From assembly GCA_963797095.1 (NCBI GenBank), contig CAWCNY010000002.1, positions 768,001 to 832,000 on the forward strand: DNA of 64,000 bases, written 5' to 3'. Each line of letters opens with the position of its first letter. Position 1 is the stretch's first letter. The notes under the pieces are model-generated. The model was not told the DNA's origin, made no database searches, and saw only the letters and a list, made by a program, of their open reading frames with translations. Source of the DNA: an uncultured Chloroflexia bacterium (GTDB taxonomy: Bacteria > Chloroflexota > Chloroflexia > QHBQ01 > JADMIH01). Below are positions 52,801 through 62,476 of this stretch, piece after piece. The position numbers and the translations under genes are program-made.

Positions 52801-54378
52801 TTAGGCAGCAGCCAGGGCGGCGAAGGGTGATATGCGGGTAGTCGCCCTCGGTTTCTCACTCCACCACGCCGATAGTCGCCCCACATTTATCGCTACCGCT
52901 GTCAGTACATGCTGTAGATGTGTCTTTCGCTCACCCATGTACCTCGCCCGCCGCATCTCATGCCCCACCACTGCCTCTGATAGCGTTCCTTCGATATCTG
53001 CTCGCCCAGCATACACCGCTTTGAACTCTTGCGTCTGCTGCCTCATGCGCGCTCGCTCCAGAGCCTCATGCTCCGCTTGCCGGTGCAGCGTCAACTCCCG
53101 AGCCCAACTCTTGCGTCTGGTACACCGCTTCCGCACCTCACACACCCTGCACTCTGCTGCGTTGAACTGCACTTGGATGGTTGGTTTGCCCCTCGACCCT
53201 ATCTCCTCGTGCCAGTGGCGGCTGATGCGCCCTTGCGGGCAAATCGCTCGCTTGCCCGCCCAATCGATTGTGAAGGTCGTGATGTCGAAGGCCTCCGGGT
53301 CTAGAGCTTGCCAGCTTACATCGGGGCGTACCGGCCCCACCACATTCACCCCATATTCCTGCTTACTGCTTACCAGCACTTCGGCGGACGCATAGGTCGT
53401 ATCCACCAGATGCTCCCCTGGCAACCTCCCATCCTCATCTCCATCTGCGGCTGCAGCCAGGTCCCGGTGAATAAGGGACAGTGCCATGCTGTCATCCTCG
53501 GTGGCTGGGCAAGTGTGCACATGGGTTATCAAGTGCGGCATATCTGGCTCGCATGTTTCGGTAAGATGCGCTTTGTAGCCCACCCATGATACGCTGCGCT
53601 TGCTGCTGTAGCGTGCCTCTGTATCATACGGGGAAGTGATCCGCTCCGCTGCCATTGGGGTCAGTGTATCCTGGCTATTCTGGCTATTCTGGCTATTCTG
53701 GCTATTCTGGCTATCAGAAGTACCCGGTTCCTCGCCTAACTTGGTCCTGGTCTTGGGCTTGGCCTTGGCCGTGCCCGTATCTGTTGCTGTAACTACGCTG
53801 CTCGTATCCGTTCTTGTGCCTGCGCCTGCGCCTGTGGTCGTAATCGTTCGCAAATGTGCCTGCCCATCGGTGACGATATACTGCTGTTGCCACACCTGCC
53901 GCAGAACCTTCACGGCCTCCAAGTCACGCAGGTGGGGTGGAGCATCAGCAGCAGGGTGCTCAACTAAGGCAAGCAGGTGTAACCCATTCGCTCCTATCTG
54001 CTCGGCCAACACAGTGCGCTTGGCCTCCTCCTTGGGCAGGCGATATTCATCAATGAGGCGGCTGTAGCGGTCAAACCATTCGGGTGGAGTGTTGACACGC
54101 AGCCAACCGGGTGCCTCTTTGGCCAGGGCATTGAGGGCATATTGGAGGGTGCGTCCCACCAGTTCGACCCGGTTGAGGCTACGCACTGCCGCTAGAATGT
54201 GAGTGGAGTCGGTGCGCTGGCGACCTCTTGTCTTGAGTAGGCCACGCTCCTGTAAGTGCTCAAGCAGAGTATCAAGCAACAGGTGTTCAGCGTGGTTGGC
54301 GAGCAGGCGGTCGCGGAACTCGGAGAGTACGGAGAAATCGAAGCCCGGGTCGGTGAGTTGGAGGCCAAGGAGATACTT
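52801..54378 (-). CDS. IS1182 transposase, 3' exon
   Basis: Begins KYLLGLQLTDPGFDFSVLSEFR; QRTDSTH, GYKAH, VDTTY, IEGTLS. Confidence 0.88.
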   Translation of the reverse strand, partial: KYLLGLQLTDPGFDFSVLSEFRDRLLANHAEHLLLDTLLEHLQERGLLKTRGRQRTDSTHILAAVRSLNRVELVGRTLQYALNALAKEAPGWLRVNTPPEWFDRYSRLIDEYRLPKEEAKRTVLAEQIGANGLHLLALVEHPAADAPPHLRDLEAVKVLRQVWQQQYIVTDGQAHLRTITTTGAGAGTRTDTSSVVTATDTGTAKAKPKTRTKLGEEPGTSDSQNSQNSQNSQNSQDTLTPMAAERITSPYDTEARYSSKRSVSWVGYKAHLTETCEPDMPHLITHVHTCPATEDDSMALSLIHRDLAAAADGDEDGRLPGEHLVDTTYASAEVLVSSKQEYGVNVVGPVRPDVSWQALDPEAFDITTFTIDWAGKRAICPQGRISRHWHEEIGSRGKPTIQVQFNAAECRVCEVRKRCTRRKSWARELTLHRQAEHEALERARMRQQTQEFKAVYAGRADIEGTLSEAVVGHEMRRARYMGERKTHLQHVLTAVAINVGRLSAWWSEKPRATTRISPFAALAAA

Positions 54379-54452
54379 ATCGAGTAAGGGAGAGCGGGTC
54401 GCCCCGCCTCCCTCCTCACAGAACCGGACAAGACCGTCGCCGATCATCCGGC

Positions 54453-55304
54453 TCAGGCTTCCACCGACTTTACTGCGGGTCTTCTACCAAATGTTGCGCG
54501 GTGGCAGACTTCGTGTAAGATGCTGAGGTTTTCCTCCTCATCTGTTCCACCGTCTGCTACCGATTGCTCATGGTGAATATGAATACGCTCTTCATTGAAC
54601 AAGTGCATTCGGCACAGGGGACATCGCCAGTGCTGCTTTGCGGCTACCCGGTATAGCTTTGACCCCACAGCAAAATAGCTTTTGCCATATCTTGTCTGCC
54701 GTGCCGCCCAGTATTCGCCCAGCGTTGGGTCGTCTGGGGATGCTGCGCCTTTGACTTTGATGTGGCGAGTAATTGGCGTCTGCCCTATCCGATACAGATA
54801 GGTCTTCGTCATCTTACCGTGCCGGTTCTTTGTCTTGGCGTAGAAGACCCAGTTGTTCCCGCCTACTCTCGTGAAGTAACGCGGAAGTACCCACCGTGGA
54901 CCCTTACCCGGGTGTCGCCGTCTCGCCCATCGGATAAGTAGTAACACTAACCGGTGGCTGAAGGTGGCGAACATCTTCTTGCTCACCCCATGCTTGTAGT
55001 AGTTCGCCCAACCCCTCAGAATCGGGTTTAGCACGTCAATCACGTCGTCGGGACCAACGTTCGGATGCGTGACCAGCCACTGCTTGATTTCACGCAGTTT
55101 GGTCTGCACCTTTTCCTTCTGGGGCTTGATTAGGCATTTCGTGCCGTAGCGACGGATGTTGAAACCCAAGAAGTCGAAACCATCTGCAATGTTGCGGATA
55201 TGGGTTTTCTCGGTGTTGAGTTCGAGTCCGCGCTCGGCCAGCCAGGCTACCACATGAGGTTGAATAGCCTCGATTTCCTCCCTCGTGGCTGCTGTTATGA
55301 TGAA
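54453..55304 (-). CDS. ltrA: Outer intron-encoded RT/maturase/HNH, 3' part
   Basis: FIIT...GFDFLGF, maturase LNPILRGWANYY, CPLC..HH..GG...NL..LH..CH. Confidence 0.9.
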   Translation of the reverse strand, partial: FIITAATREEIEAIQPHVVAWLAERGLELNTEKTHIRNIADGFDFLGFNIRRYGTKCLIKPQKEKVQTKLREIKQWLVTHPNVGPDDVIDVLNPILRGWANYYKHGVSKKMFATFSHRLVLLLIRWARRRHPGKGPRWVLPRYFTRVGGNNWVFYAKTKNRHGKMTKTYLYRIGQTPITRHIKVKGAASPDDPTLGEYWAARQTRYGKSYFAVGSKLYRVAAKQHWRCPLCRMHLFNEERIHIHHEQSVADGGTDEEENLSILHEVCHRATFGRRPAVKSVEA

Positions 55305-57811
55305 GTGGAGTGGGCGGCCAGCGAGGTGCTGCTTGCGCAGCTCTTTTCTGTCCGCCTCTCCCCGAACCGGGCTTACGCCTTTCGGAGTACCCGGCTCTCC
55401 AGTGTTTTCCTTCTCGCGGCTTTCACGGCAGCAGTTTGAGTGTTGCGACCAGCATGAATGCTATCGTGGCACTCGCGACAGACCACCAGCGTCTTGCGCT
55501 TGCGAGCTGCCATCACCTGCATCCAGAAAGGCGGTTCTGCGCGTCCTTTGGTCCGTAGATCTTTGAGTGCTCGTACATGATGCACCTCGATGTTTTCTCG
55601 TGAACCACAAAGCTCACAAGCTTGTGCCAAGAGGCGTCGTTCGAGTTCCGCTCTCGGTCCGCTGATTTGTAGGGGCGCGTCGTTCAGTATTGCCTTGGAG
55701 TTGCGTGCGAGTGAAATACCGCCCCACCGCGCTATCAACGGTTTTCTTCCTTTATCGCCCTTATCACGATCGCCCTCATCACGCTCTACCCTGACTTCGA
55801 GGATTGCACGTGTTCCCTGATCTGTCCGTACTAAGGTGTGGTATCGCTTGTAGATAGATCGGACACTGATCTTGAGTTTTGAGGCCAGTGTCTGTGCCAG
55901 GGAGCGTTCCATTAGCCATTTCAGTTGGTTGAGTTTGTGAAGGTTGAAGGCCAGTCGATAGTATTCCACGAGACCCCGGTACTCCTGCTGGTATTGTGCC
56001 ACGATACTGAAGACAGCATCGTGTTCAAGTTCCGGTCGGTGGATCGGTTTGGCGTGGCGCAGATAGCGTTTGCATTTCACTTTCACAACCTCTGCTGGTA
56101 CTTTCAGTCCGATCCCGCCGTTGATGCTGCGGTGACCTCGGCGATCCAGCTTGTGGTCGTTATTGAGCACCACGATATCATAGCCCAGGAAATGCGCAGC
56201 TTTGGTCCGCGCATGGGTAATCAGCGTCTTTTCCTCAGAGAGTTCCAACTTGAGATCCTCTCGTAAGAAGTCCCGGATTGCAGACTTGATTTCCTGGGCT
56301 TCTTCTCGTGGGCCGCTGAAACCGAGTAGCCAATCATCGGCGTAACGACAGTAACGCAGGCGTCGGTAGTTGGGGTCGTGTGTGTCCAAGGAGGGGACCT
56401 GCTGCATCAGACGACGCATTTTGCAGGCCTCTTTCTTGTCACCATGTTCCTTCAATTGCCGAGCAAGCTGTTGTCGCCGTTGCCATTCAGGATTGAGTCT
56501 ACGACGGTTTCCGCACGTGTACCTGGGAAGCAGTGTCTTCTCGACAAACTGGTCCAACTTGTCCATGTAGATGTTCGAAAGAACGGGGCTGAGCACGGCA
56601 CCTTGTGGGCTTCCACTCAGGGTGCAGTGATAACGCCATTCTTCCAGGTATCCGGCTTGCAGGAGGCGTTCGATCAAGCGTAAGAAGCGATTGTCGAAGA
56701 TCTTCTCGCGTAGGATTGATATCAGGACTGTGTGGTCCAGAGTGTCGAAGCACGCTCTGATATCGCCTTCCACCCACCATTTTGTGCCTACCCACTTATG
56801 TTGGATCTCGCTTAGCGCGGTGTGACACCCACGTTGAGGGCGAAAGCCGTGTGAGGCCGGGCTGAATTGCGGTTCGTAATATGCCTGTAGGATAAGGCGT
56901 ATCACTTCTTGCAACAGCTTATCCGACCAAGAAGGGATTCCTAGCCCACGCCTTTTGGTCGAGTTTCTCTTGGCGATGTACACGCGTCGTACTGGCGTCC
57001 ATCGATATCGTTCCTGTCGTAGTGCACCGATGATGGCTTCGATCTTGGCCAGCGACATCCCATCCACAGTTTCGTCTGTTACGCCAGGTGTCATAGCCCC
57101 GTTATTGCGGTAGATATGCCCATAAGCGAGTAGATACAAGTCTGGGTTGAACAGTTGCCGGTACACGTCCTCCAATGGCAAGCCCTTCTTGCCGCGTTCA
57201 TGGATGATCCCCAGCACAGTTTCGGCGTTTCGCATCTCGCGTACCTCCCTGATTGGGTCTCACAACACCTGCCACCCTTCCCCATTGGCAACTTATCTTC
57301 TTTGCAAGGCATTGCCATGTTGCTATGTTGCTATGTTGCTATGTTGCCATGTAGACGGCTTTCCCGTCCTCGGAGTAATATGGTGGCTCCGTCGCCATGG
57401 GGCTCGCGCCCTGTAGGCGATCCCACATTCCCAAGGTTATGGACGTATCGAGCGTGACGTAGGTGCCTGTTCCGTCTCCTTGAGTCAGGTCGTTCCTGAC
57501 CGCCCATTGTGCGAAAGGTTCAGGCGGCGACGACTTAACCGCCCTATCACAATGGCTCCGCCAATAGATGCTATGGTCGGAGAATATTCGCTTGCATCGC
57601 TGGAGACTAAGGTTTGGGCAGTTTGGCTCTCACCATATCACGCGGGTCTTGCAGAACGATACCCTAAGCATCTTCAAGTATCTTCCGCTTCAGCAGCATG
57701 CTACTGTTCCCTTCAGCTTTCGCTTCCAGGTAAGCTGTTGACCCGGAGGTCTTGTCTTCCGTACCTCCCCTTTCTGCGAAAGGAATCCATTATCTTGGTT
57801 ATGTGGCGCAC
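55305..57811 (-). mobile_element. Inner group II intron (ML/IIA-like)
   Basis: 5' GTGCG at 57811; domain V GAGAGCCGGGTACTCCGAAAGGCGTAAGCCCGGTTC; 3' end CCCACTCCAC. EBS1 GTCGTC at 57529-57534. Confidence 0.92.
55373..57235 (-). CDS. ltrA: Inner intron-encoded RT/maturase with HNH-like C-terminus, intact
   Basis: TPGV..ETVDG, SHGFRP, PQGAVLSP, RYADD, FLGY, CELCG..EVHH..CRECH. Confidence 0.95.
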   Translation of the reverse strand: MRNAETVLGIIHERGKKGLPLEDVYRQLFNPDLYLLAYGHIYRNNGAMTPGVTDETVDGMSLAKIEAIIGALRQERYRWTPVRRVYIAKRNSTKRRGLGIPSWSDKLLQEVIRLILQAYYEPQFSPASHGFRPQRGCHTALSEIQHKWVGTKWWVEGDIRACFDTLDHTVLISILREKIFDNRFLRLIERLLQAGYLEEWRYHCTLSGSPQGAVLSPVLSNIYMDKLDQFVEKTLLPRYTCGNRRRLNPEWQRRQQLARQLKEHGDKKEACKMRRLMQQVPSLDTHDPNYRRLRYCRYADDWLLGFSGPREEAQEIKSAIRDFLREDLKLELSEEKTLITHARTKAAHFLGYDIVVLNNDHKLDRRGHRSINGGIGLKVPAEVVKVKCKRYLRHAKPIHRPELEHDAVFSIVAQYQQEYRGLVEYYRLAFNLHKLNQLKWLMERSLAQTLASKLKISVRSIYKRYHTLVRTDQGTRAILEVRVERDEGDRDKGDKGRKPLIARWGGISLARNSKAILNDAPLQISGPRAELERRLLAQACELCGSRENIEVHHVRALKDLRTKGRAEPPFWMQVMAARKRKTLVVCRECHDSIHAGRNTQTAAVKAARRKTLESRVLRKA

Positions 57812-58723
57812 GTCGTCCGCAAAACGGATGTAACCGTAGCGTGGATTAGCCTGTTTATGTACACATCCCACCTGTTTGCCGCGCTTGTTGGTGTAAGTTC
57901 GCTGGTTAGTCCATTGACCAAGCCAGCGTTCCATACCGTCCAAGGCAATGTTGGCGAGTAATGGTGAGACGACAGAGCCTTGTGAGGTACCACTCTCAGT
58001 GGCGTGGAAGATCTCGGCCTCTACATAGCCTGCCTTCAGCCATGCTTCTATCCACTCGCGTCCCGGCGTTTGGCCAATGGCGTCGAGGATATATTCCTGA
58101 CTGATATTGTCGAACGCACCCCGGATATCGGCGTCGAGCACAAAGCTGTGTCCGTTTGCGCCCTTAAACCAGTTCCAGCATTGCACGATGGCATCATGAC
58201 AATTGCGGCCCGGACGAAAGCCATAGCTGTTCGGCTCGAATTGGGCCTCCCAACTTGGTTCCAGTGCGTTCTTGATAACTGCCTGCGCGATGCGGTCTTT
58301 GAGAGTTTGGATGCCGATCGGCCTTTGTTTGCCATTGGCCTTAGGTATATATATCCGCCGGGCTGGTTTGACCTGTCGTGGTTTGTACTCCGGCATCTCG
58401 CGGATCACTTGCGTCCTGGTTTTGGCGGTAAGAGCAGTCTGACCATCAATGCCAGCCGTTTTCTTGCCGTGATTGTCCATGGTCACTCTTCGCGTTGACA
58501 GTAGCAGGTTTGCGTAGCTGCGCATCATCAGCTTCTTCAGGCTGCGCACCTGATTCCACTGACCCGCTGCGGTCGCACGATAAATCCTTTGTCTCAGGTT
58601 CCTGACCCGATTGTTAACAATAGCCCAGTCAATAGCGTCCCAATCAATGGGAGTGCCTTGTTTGGGTATCTCGCTGAAAGCAGATCCTGGCGTTCCGATG
58701 TCAGAAGTGACTCTATCTTGCAC
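57812..58723 (-). CDS. ltrA: Outer intron-encoded RT, 5' part (ends at FADD)
   Basis: RVT_N (WDAIDW...RIYRA), SYGFRPGR, DADIRGAFD, QGSVVSPLLAN, RFADD. Confidence 0.9.
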
Positions 58724-59331
58724 GTCAGTTTGGTTCCTTCACATTAGTTCTATCGTCAGAAGCTAGCTGGAAGTCAGCCGCCTTTCGGCGTGGGGCAAAT
58801 CTTGAAAAGAACCCCTATCCCGCGCATTACTGCGGGCCTTCGCTTGCTCCAGCGTCTTTTACCCGATGAGTAATTCTGCCTTCCTTACGGTCGGCTTACT
58901 CCGCATGCCAAGTGGAGAACTCAACGGGCTTACCGTAGTTCCAGATGTTGAGATGCGTCCAGGGAAGGTCCTGCCTATGCTCCGGTGGGAGTGTGTCCTG
59001 TCGTCGAGCAGCGACTGGATTTGCTCGACCACCCACTTACCATTTTGGTGAGAGTGTCTCAGCCTTATTGCACTCTTGCCGAATCACGAAGCTTTAGATG
59101 GCAGTTCACTTGCGTTGACCTATCTGACTTCCCCTTGCGCATGACCAGGTTTAGGCTACCAGTCAGCGGCGCTTGCGTGGCCTGCATTCCACCAGGTTCA
59201 TTGCTTACTACTGGAGTGGCCGGGGTCAGAGACCCTTTTACGTGGGGACAGTGGGACAGAATCCACTGGGAGAGGGCTAACTCTCCACTCGATGGAGTTA
59301 CCTCCTTACATCTAGCTTAGCTACGTCGCAC

Positions 59332-59597
59332 CCAGTCAATCCGGCTGCGAACAGCGTCGGCAGCCTGGCGGTCGGTGAGGTTCTCTATGAACTGCATGAT
59401 CAGCACAAGAGCCAGTCGGGTAGGGCAATGGGCAGGCTGGCCACGTTGGGGGAAGAGTTGAGCAAACAGGGGGTCGGAGAAGATGGACCGAGCTGCTCAT
59501 AGATGCGCATGTACAGGTTGCCTTTTGGAAAAGCAGCCCGCGCCACACGTTCAGTCTCTTCGGGGATCTGGTATACGATCAACGGGTGCAGGCACAT
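59332..59597 (-). CDS. IS1182 transposase, 5' exon (1-nt frameshift near 59487)
   Basis: MCLHP..IPEETERVARAAFPKG, then in the shifted frame FSDPLFAQLFPQRGQP...DRQAADAVRSRIDW. Confidence 0.85.
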
Positions 59598-59935
59598 GGC
59601 AAGTTCCTCCTCTCGCACTCTCTCAGCGGACGGGACAAGTGGACACAGCGTACAAGGAACGGGTGAATAGGTGTGACCACAATTGTACAGATGCAAGGAC
59701 GCTGTGAAAAGGCGAGTTCCCGGACTGCTCTTTGGGAGGACAAACCTTCTGGGCGACAATTCGCCAACGGCATCATTCTCCAAGTATTGAGAAGTCCACT
59801 TCTTGCCCTCAAGCCTCTTATAGCAAAACAATATTGCGTAAAAATTCACCCATTTGGGTACTTGAAATACGAACATAGGTTCTATATACTCTGTGTACAA
59901 GCGTAGTGCTGCCATCACAAAAGAGAGAATTTGCC

Positions 59936-60244
59936 ATGGGAAGGCGAAGAATCAAACGCATCAAATCTATATCGCCGCCAACAGAGATCGACATCGGGAT
60001 GCTGACCCTGCGGCAGATCGAGGTCCTGAGCCTCATTGCCCTCGGCAAAAGCAACAAAGAGATCGCCCAGGCCCTCTCCGTGACCCCCAGCACCGTCAAA
60101 TCTCACATCACCAGGCTGCTCCATATATGCGGCAAACGCACCCGCACCGACCTCGCTGTGCTCTGGACCGAGATAATGCACAAACCAGGCGACAGGGACC
60201 AAGCCTCCGAAGATAATGATTACGGGCCTTACGCCGTTGGCTAG
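59936..60244 (+). CDS. Small LuxR/GerE-type HTH regulator
   Basis: LTLRQIEVLSLIALGKSNKEIAQAL.V...TVKSH. Confidence 0.85.
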   Translation: MGRRRIKRIKSISPPTEIDIGMLTLRQIEVLSLIALGKSNKEIAQALSVTPSTVKSHITRLLHICGKRTRTDLAVLWTEIMHKPGDRDQASEDNDYGPYAVG

Positions 60245-60255
60245 CCCATGTAGCT

Positions 60256-61272
60256 TCAGCTACTGCCGGAGCCTGGAGCAACCGCAAGCACCGCTGCCCC
60301 GCGAATCTTGCTTTGCTTCAACTTGAGCAACACGCTGTTCGCCTCGTCCAACGGGTAAGTCTCCACTTCCAGGTGCAGGGGCACTTCAGACGCAATTGCA
60401 AGCAGTTCTTCCGCGTCCTGGCGTGTTGCATTCGCCACGCTGCGTATTACCCGCTCACCCCAGATGAGCGAATAATCAAACTGAGGAATTGGACTCATGT
60501 ATATCCCAGCTAGGGTCAGCACGCCACCTTTCCGGAGCCGCTTCAACGCTTGCGGCACCAGTTCACCCGCCGGGGCGAAGATGATCGAGGCGTCCAACTC
60601 CACGCCGGGGTAGTCCTCTGCACCACCGGTCCACACGGCACCGAGCGTCTCGGCCAATCTGCGATGCTCCGGGTTCCTGGTGAACACATACGCCTCGACG
60701 CCCCAGTGGCTTGCGATCTGTACAGCGATATGGGCCGAAGCCCCGAACCCGTACAACCCCAACCGTCGCGTTTCCTTAGCGTTCGCCAATCGCGATGCCC
60801 TGTATCCAATAACACCCGCGCATAGAAGCGGCGCTGCCTCTGCATCGGAATACCGTTCGGGGATCGGATACACAAAACGCTCGTCAGTCACCTGGTATGC
60901 CGCGTACCCACCATCAACATGATAACCCGTAAACTTCGCAAAATCGCAAAGGTTCTCCTGCCCATGCCTGCAATAGTAGCACTTCCCGCACGCCCAGTTC
61001 AGCCAGGCCACCCCTACCCTATCCCCAACCTTGTAGCGTTTCGCGCCCGGCCCAGGCTGCTCCACGGTCCCCACGATCTGGTGCCCTGGCACCACGGGCA
61101 GTTTAGGCAGCTCAATCTCTCCCTCGACGATATGCAGGTCTGTGTGGCACACCCCGCACGTATGCACCTTGATCAACAACTCGCCCTGGTGCAGTTTCGC
61201 CACAGGTATATCAACCTGCGAGAGTGGACCCTCTTCAACGGGCTTAGGTGCGCTCAGTTGCCATGCTTTCAT
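60256..61272 (-). CDS. Zinc-dependent alcohol dehydrogenase family protein
   Basis: GVCHTD, PGHQIVG, CGKCYYC...C, APLLCAG, YGFGAS. Confidence 0.92.
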   Translation of the reverse strand: MKAWQLSAPKPVEEGPLSQVDIPVAKLHQGELLIKVHTCGVCHTDLHIVEGEIELPKLPVVPGHQIVGTVEQPGPGAKRYKVGDRVGVAWLNWACGKCYYCRHGQENLCDFAKFTGYHVDGGYAAYQVTDERFVYPIPERYSDAEAAPLLCAGVIGYRASRLANAKETRRLGLYGFGASAHIAVQIASHWGVEAYVFTRNPEHRRLAETLGAVWTGGAEDYPGVELDASIIFAPAGELVPQALKRLRKGGVLTLAGIYMSPIPQFDYSLIWGERVIRSVANATRQDAEELLAIASEVPLHLEVETYPLDEANSVLLKLKQSKIRGAAVLAVAPGSGSS

Positions 61273-61344
61273 CCCGAGTCCTTTCGATTCTTTTCTCCCA
61301 ATCATATTATCGACGAAATTGCTTCCGAGCGCTCGAAAAGGGAC

Positions 61345-61962
61345 CTAATAGATTATCGAAATGTGGCCTGGCACCCTACTGTGGGGCATGATAATCGGCT
61401 GCATCTTCACCAGGAATTGCAGGCGCGTTCTCTGGATCTCCGGCTCCGGCCCCATCAGGTACTCCTCTTCAAACAGGCCTGTGCTCTCATATCCATTTCT
61501 GGATACGAAATCTTTCAGGCACTCCATGGCTTGCAGTCTGCGCGCCCGACCTATGCTCAAGCCGGGCCCTCTATATGTAAGCTGAGCTATCGTGCCGTAC
61601 TCCCACATCTCGATTTCTACTTCGACGTGCGGGAACCTCTGGGGCAATGAACTTGTATCCTCAGGGATAGGCAGGCCCCAGATACTATGCAACTCCTCCA
61701 TTGGCGCGAATTCGGCATTGAGCCAGCGCGCTCGGAAGTGGTCCAGCTTGAAATCCTTGCCCTCTTTCCTTCGCTCGTACTTCAATCTGTAGACCGAGCT
61801 ATAAAGCGGCGGGAGTACAAGGTGCATACACTGGTCGGGGTCGCCAATAGTGTGAATTACAGCCATCTTCTGGCCTGGCAGTTGGACAATCTCAGGCTGC
61901 ATATCGTGCAGGTCATGCTCATTGTGGCTGTCATGTAAGAGATCTTCATCGAGCGTTAGCAT
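61345..61962 (-). CDS. GyrI-like small-molecule-binding protein
   Basis: LY..VY.LK, WEYGTIAQL.Y.GP, EEEYL.GP pattern. Confidence 0.7.
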   Translation of the reverse strand: MLTLDEDLLHDSHNEHDLHDMQPEIVQLPGQKMAVIHTIGDPDQCMHLVLPPLYSSVYRLKYERRKEGKDFKLDHFRARWLNAEFAPMEELHSIWGLPIPEDTSSLPQRFPHVEVEIEMWEYGTIAQLTYRGPGLSIGRARRLQAMECLKDFVSRNGYESTGLFEEEYLMGPEPEIQRTRLQFLVKMQPIIMPHSRVPGHISIIY

Positions 61963-62476
61963 AGTGCCACCTCCCGTGTTCGTGCTGTTCTGCTGCTCGT
62001 TGCAGGTCCTCAAGCGAGATCACCGCGCAGGTATGTTCTGCTTGTTCGCAGACCTCTCTACTCCAGCTTGCTGTCCCCTCCATGAATAGAGCAGACTGGT
62101 AGTCATTTGCCAACGCCGCTCTGTAAGTCTCAAGCACGCCATATTCCAGAACGAAGCCGCAGACAACAACCATATCCACACCATACGAGCTTAGCAGCAA
62201 ATCTAATCTTGTTCCCAGAAAGGCATCCTGATGCATCTTACGAATCATGATGTCTCCTGGCCGATAATCGATCCCTCCGTACAATTCCCTCTCAAATGAA
62301 CCTGGCACGTTGCTGGCCGAGAAGTCTTGAATGAACACTATGAGCCAATTGCGGTCTCTGAAAAGGGAGATAGCCTCGTTAATATGCGGCACAACCCTCC
62401 GAAACTCGGCGAGTTCGCTGTTGTCGCCTTCAAAGAAGTCGTTCTGAGGGTCCAGGACAAGCAAGGCAGGCTTCAT
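61946..62476 (-). CDS. Isochorismatase/cysteine hydrolase family protein
   Basis: LLVLDPQNDF, K...DAF.GT.L; the nucleophile position reads EYGV. Confidence 0.8.
   Translation of the reverse strand: MKPALLVLDPQNDFFEGDNSELAEFRRVVPHINEAISLFRDRNWLIVFIQDFSASNVPGSFERELYGGIDYRPGDIMIRKMHQDAFLGTRLDLLLSSYGVDMVVVCGFVLEYGVLETYRAALANDYQSALFMEGTASWSREVCEQAEHTCAVISLEDLQRAAEQHEHGRWHYANAR

Larger units (their letters stand above)
54379..59331 (-). mobile_element. Outer group II intron (CL/IIB-like)
   Basis: 5' GTGCG at 59331; domain V GAGCCGGATG...CCGGTTC; 3' end ...CTTACTCGAT. EBS1 CCAGTC (59013-59018) complements exon GACTGG; candidate EBS2 at 59078-59084. Confidence 0.92.
52781..59774 (-). mobile_element. 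IS1182 family element carrying two nested group II introns
   Basis: Perfect 18-bp IR GATGCCGTTGGCGAATTG at 52781-52798 and 59757-59774; 6-bp TSD ATTCTC at 52775-52780 and 59775-59780. Confidence 0.92.

Noticed and set aside
54379-54447. N-terminus MIGDGLVRFCEEGG of ORF 52801..54447
   Set aside because: It is intron domain V/VI read in frame; the true transposase N-terminus is at 59597-59332
57713-57811. C-terminal tail VRHITKIM... of ORF 57713..58723
   Set aside because: Read-through into the inner intron, not part of the RT
54453-58723. RTs as retron, DGR or defence RT
   Set aside because: Both have maturase/HNH domains and are enclosed by group II intron 5' GTGCG and domain V/VI structures; no TR/VR pair or msr-msd seen
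59480-59492. Programmed frameshift in the IS1182 transposase
   Set aside because: No slippery heptamer; looks like loss of one C (GGT CC ATC), by mutation or sequencing error
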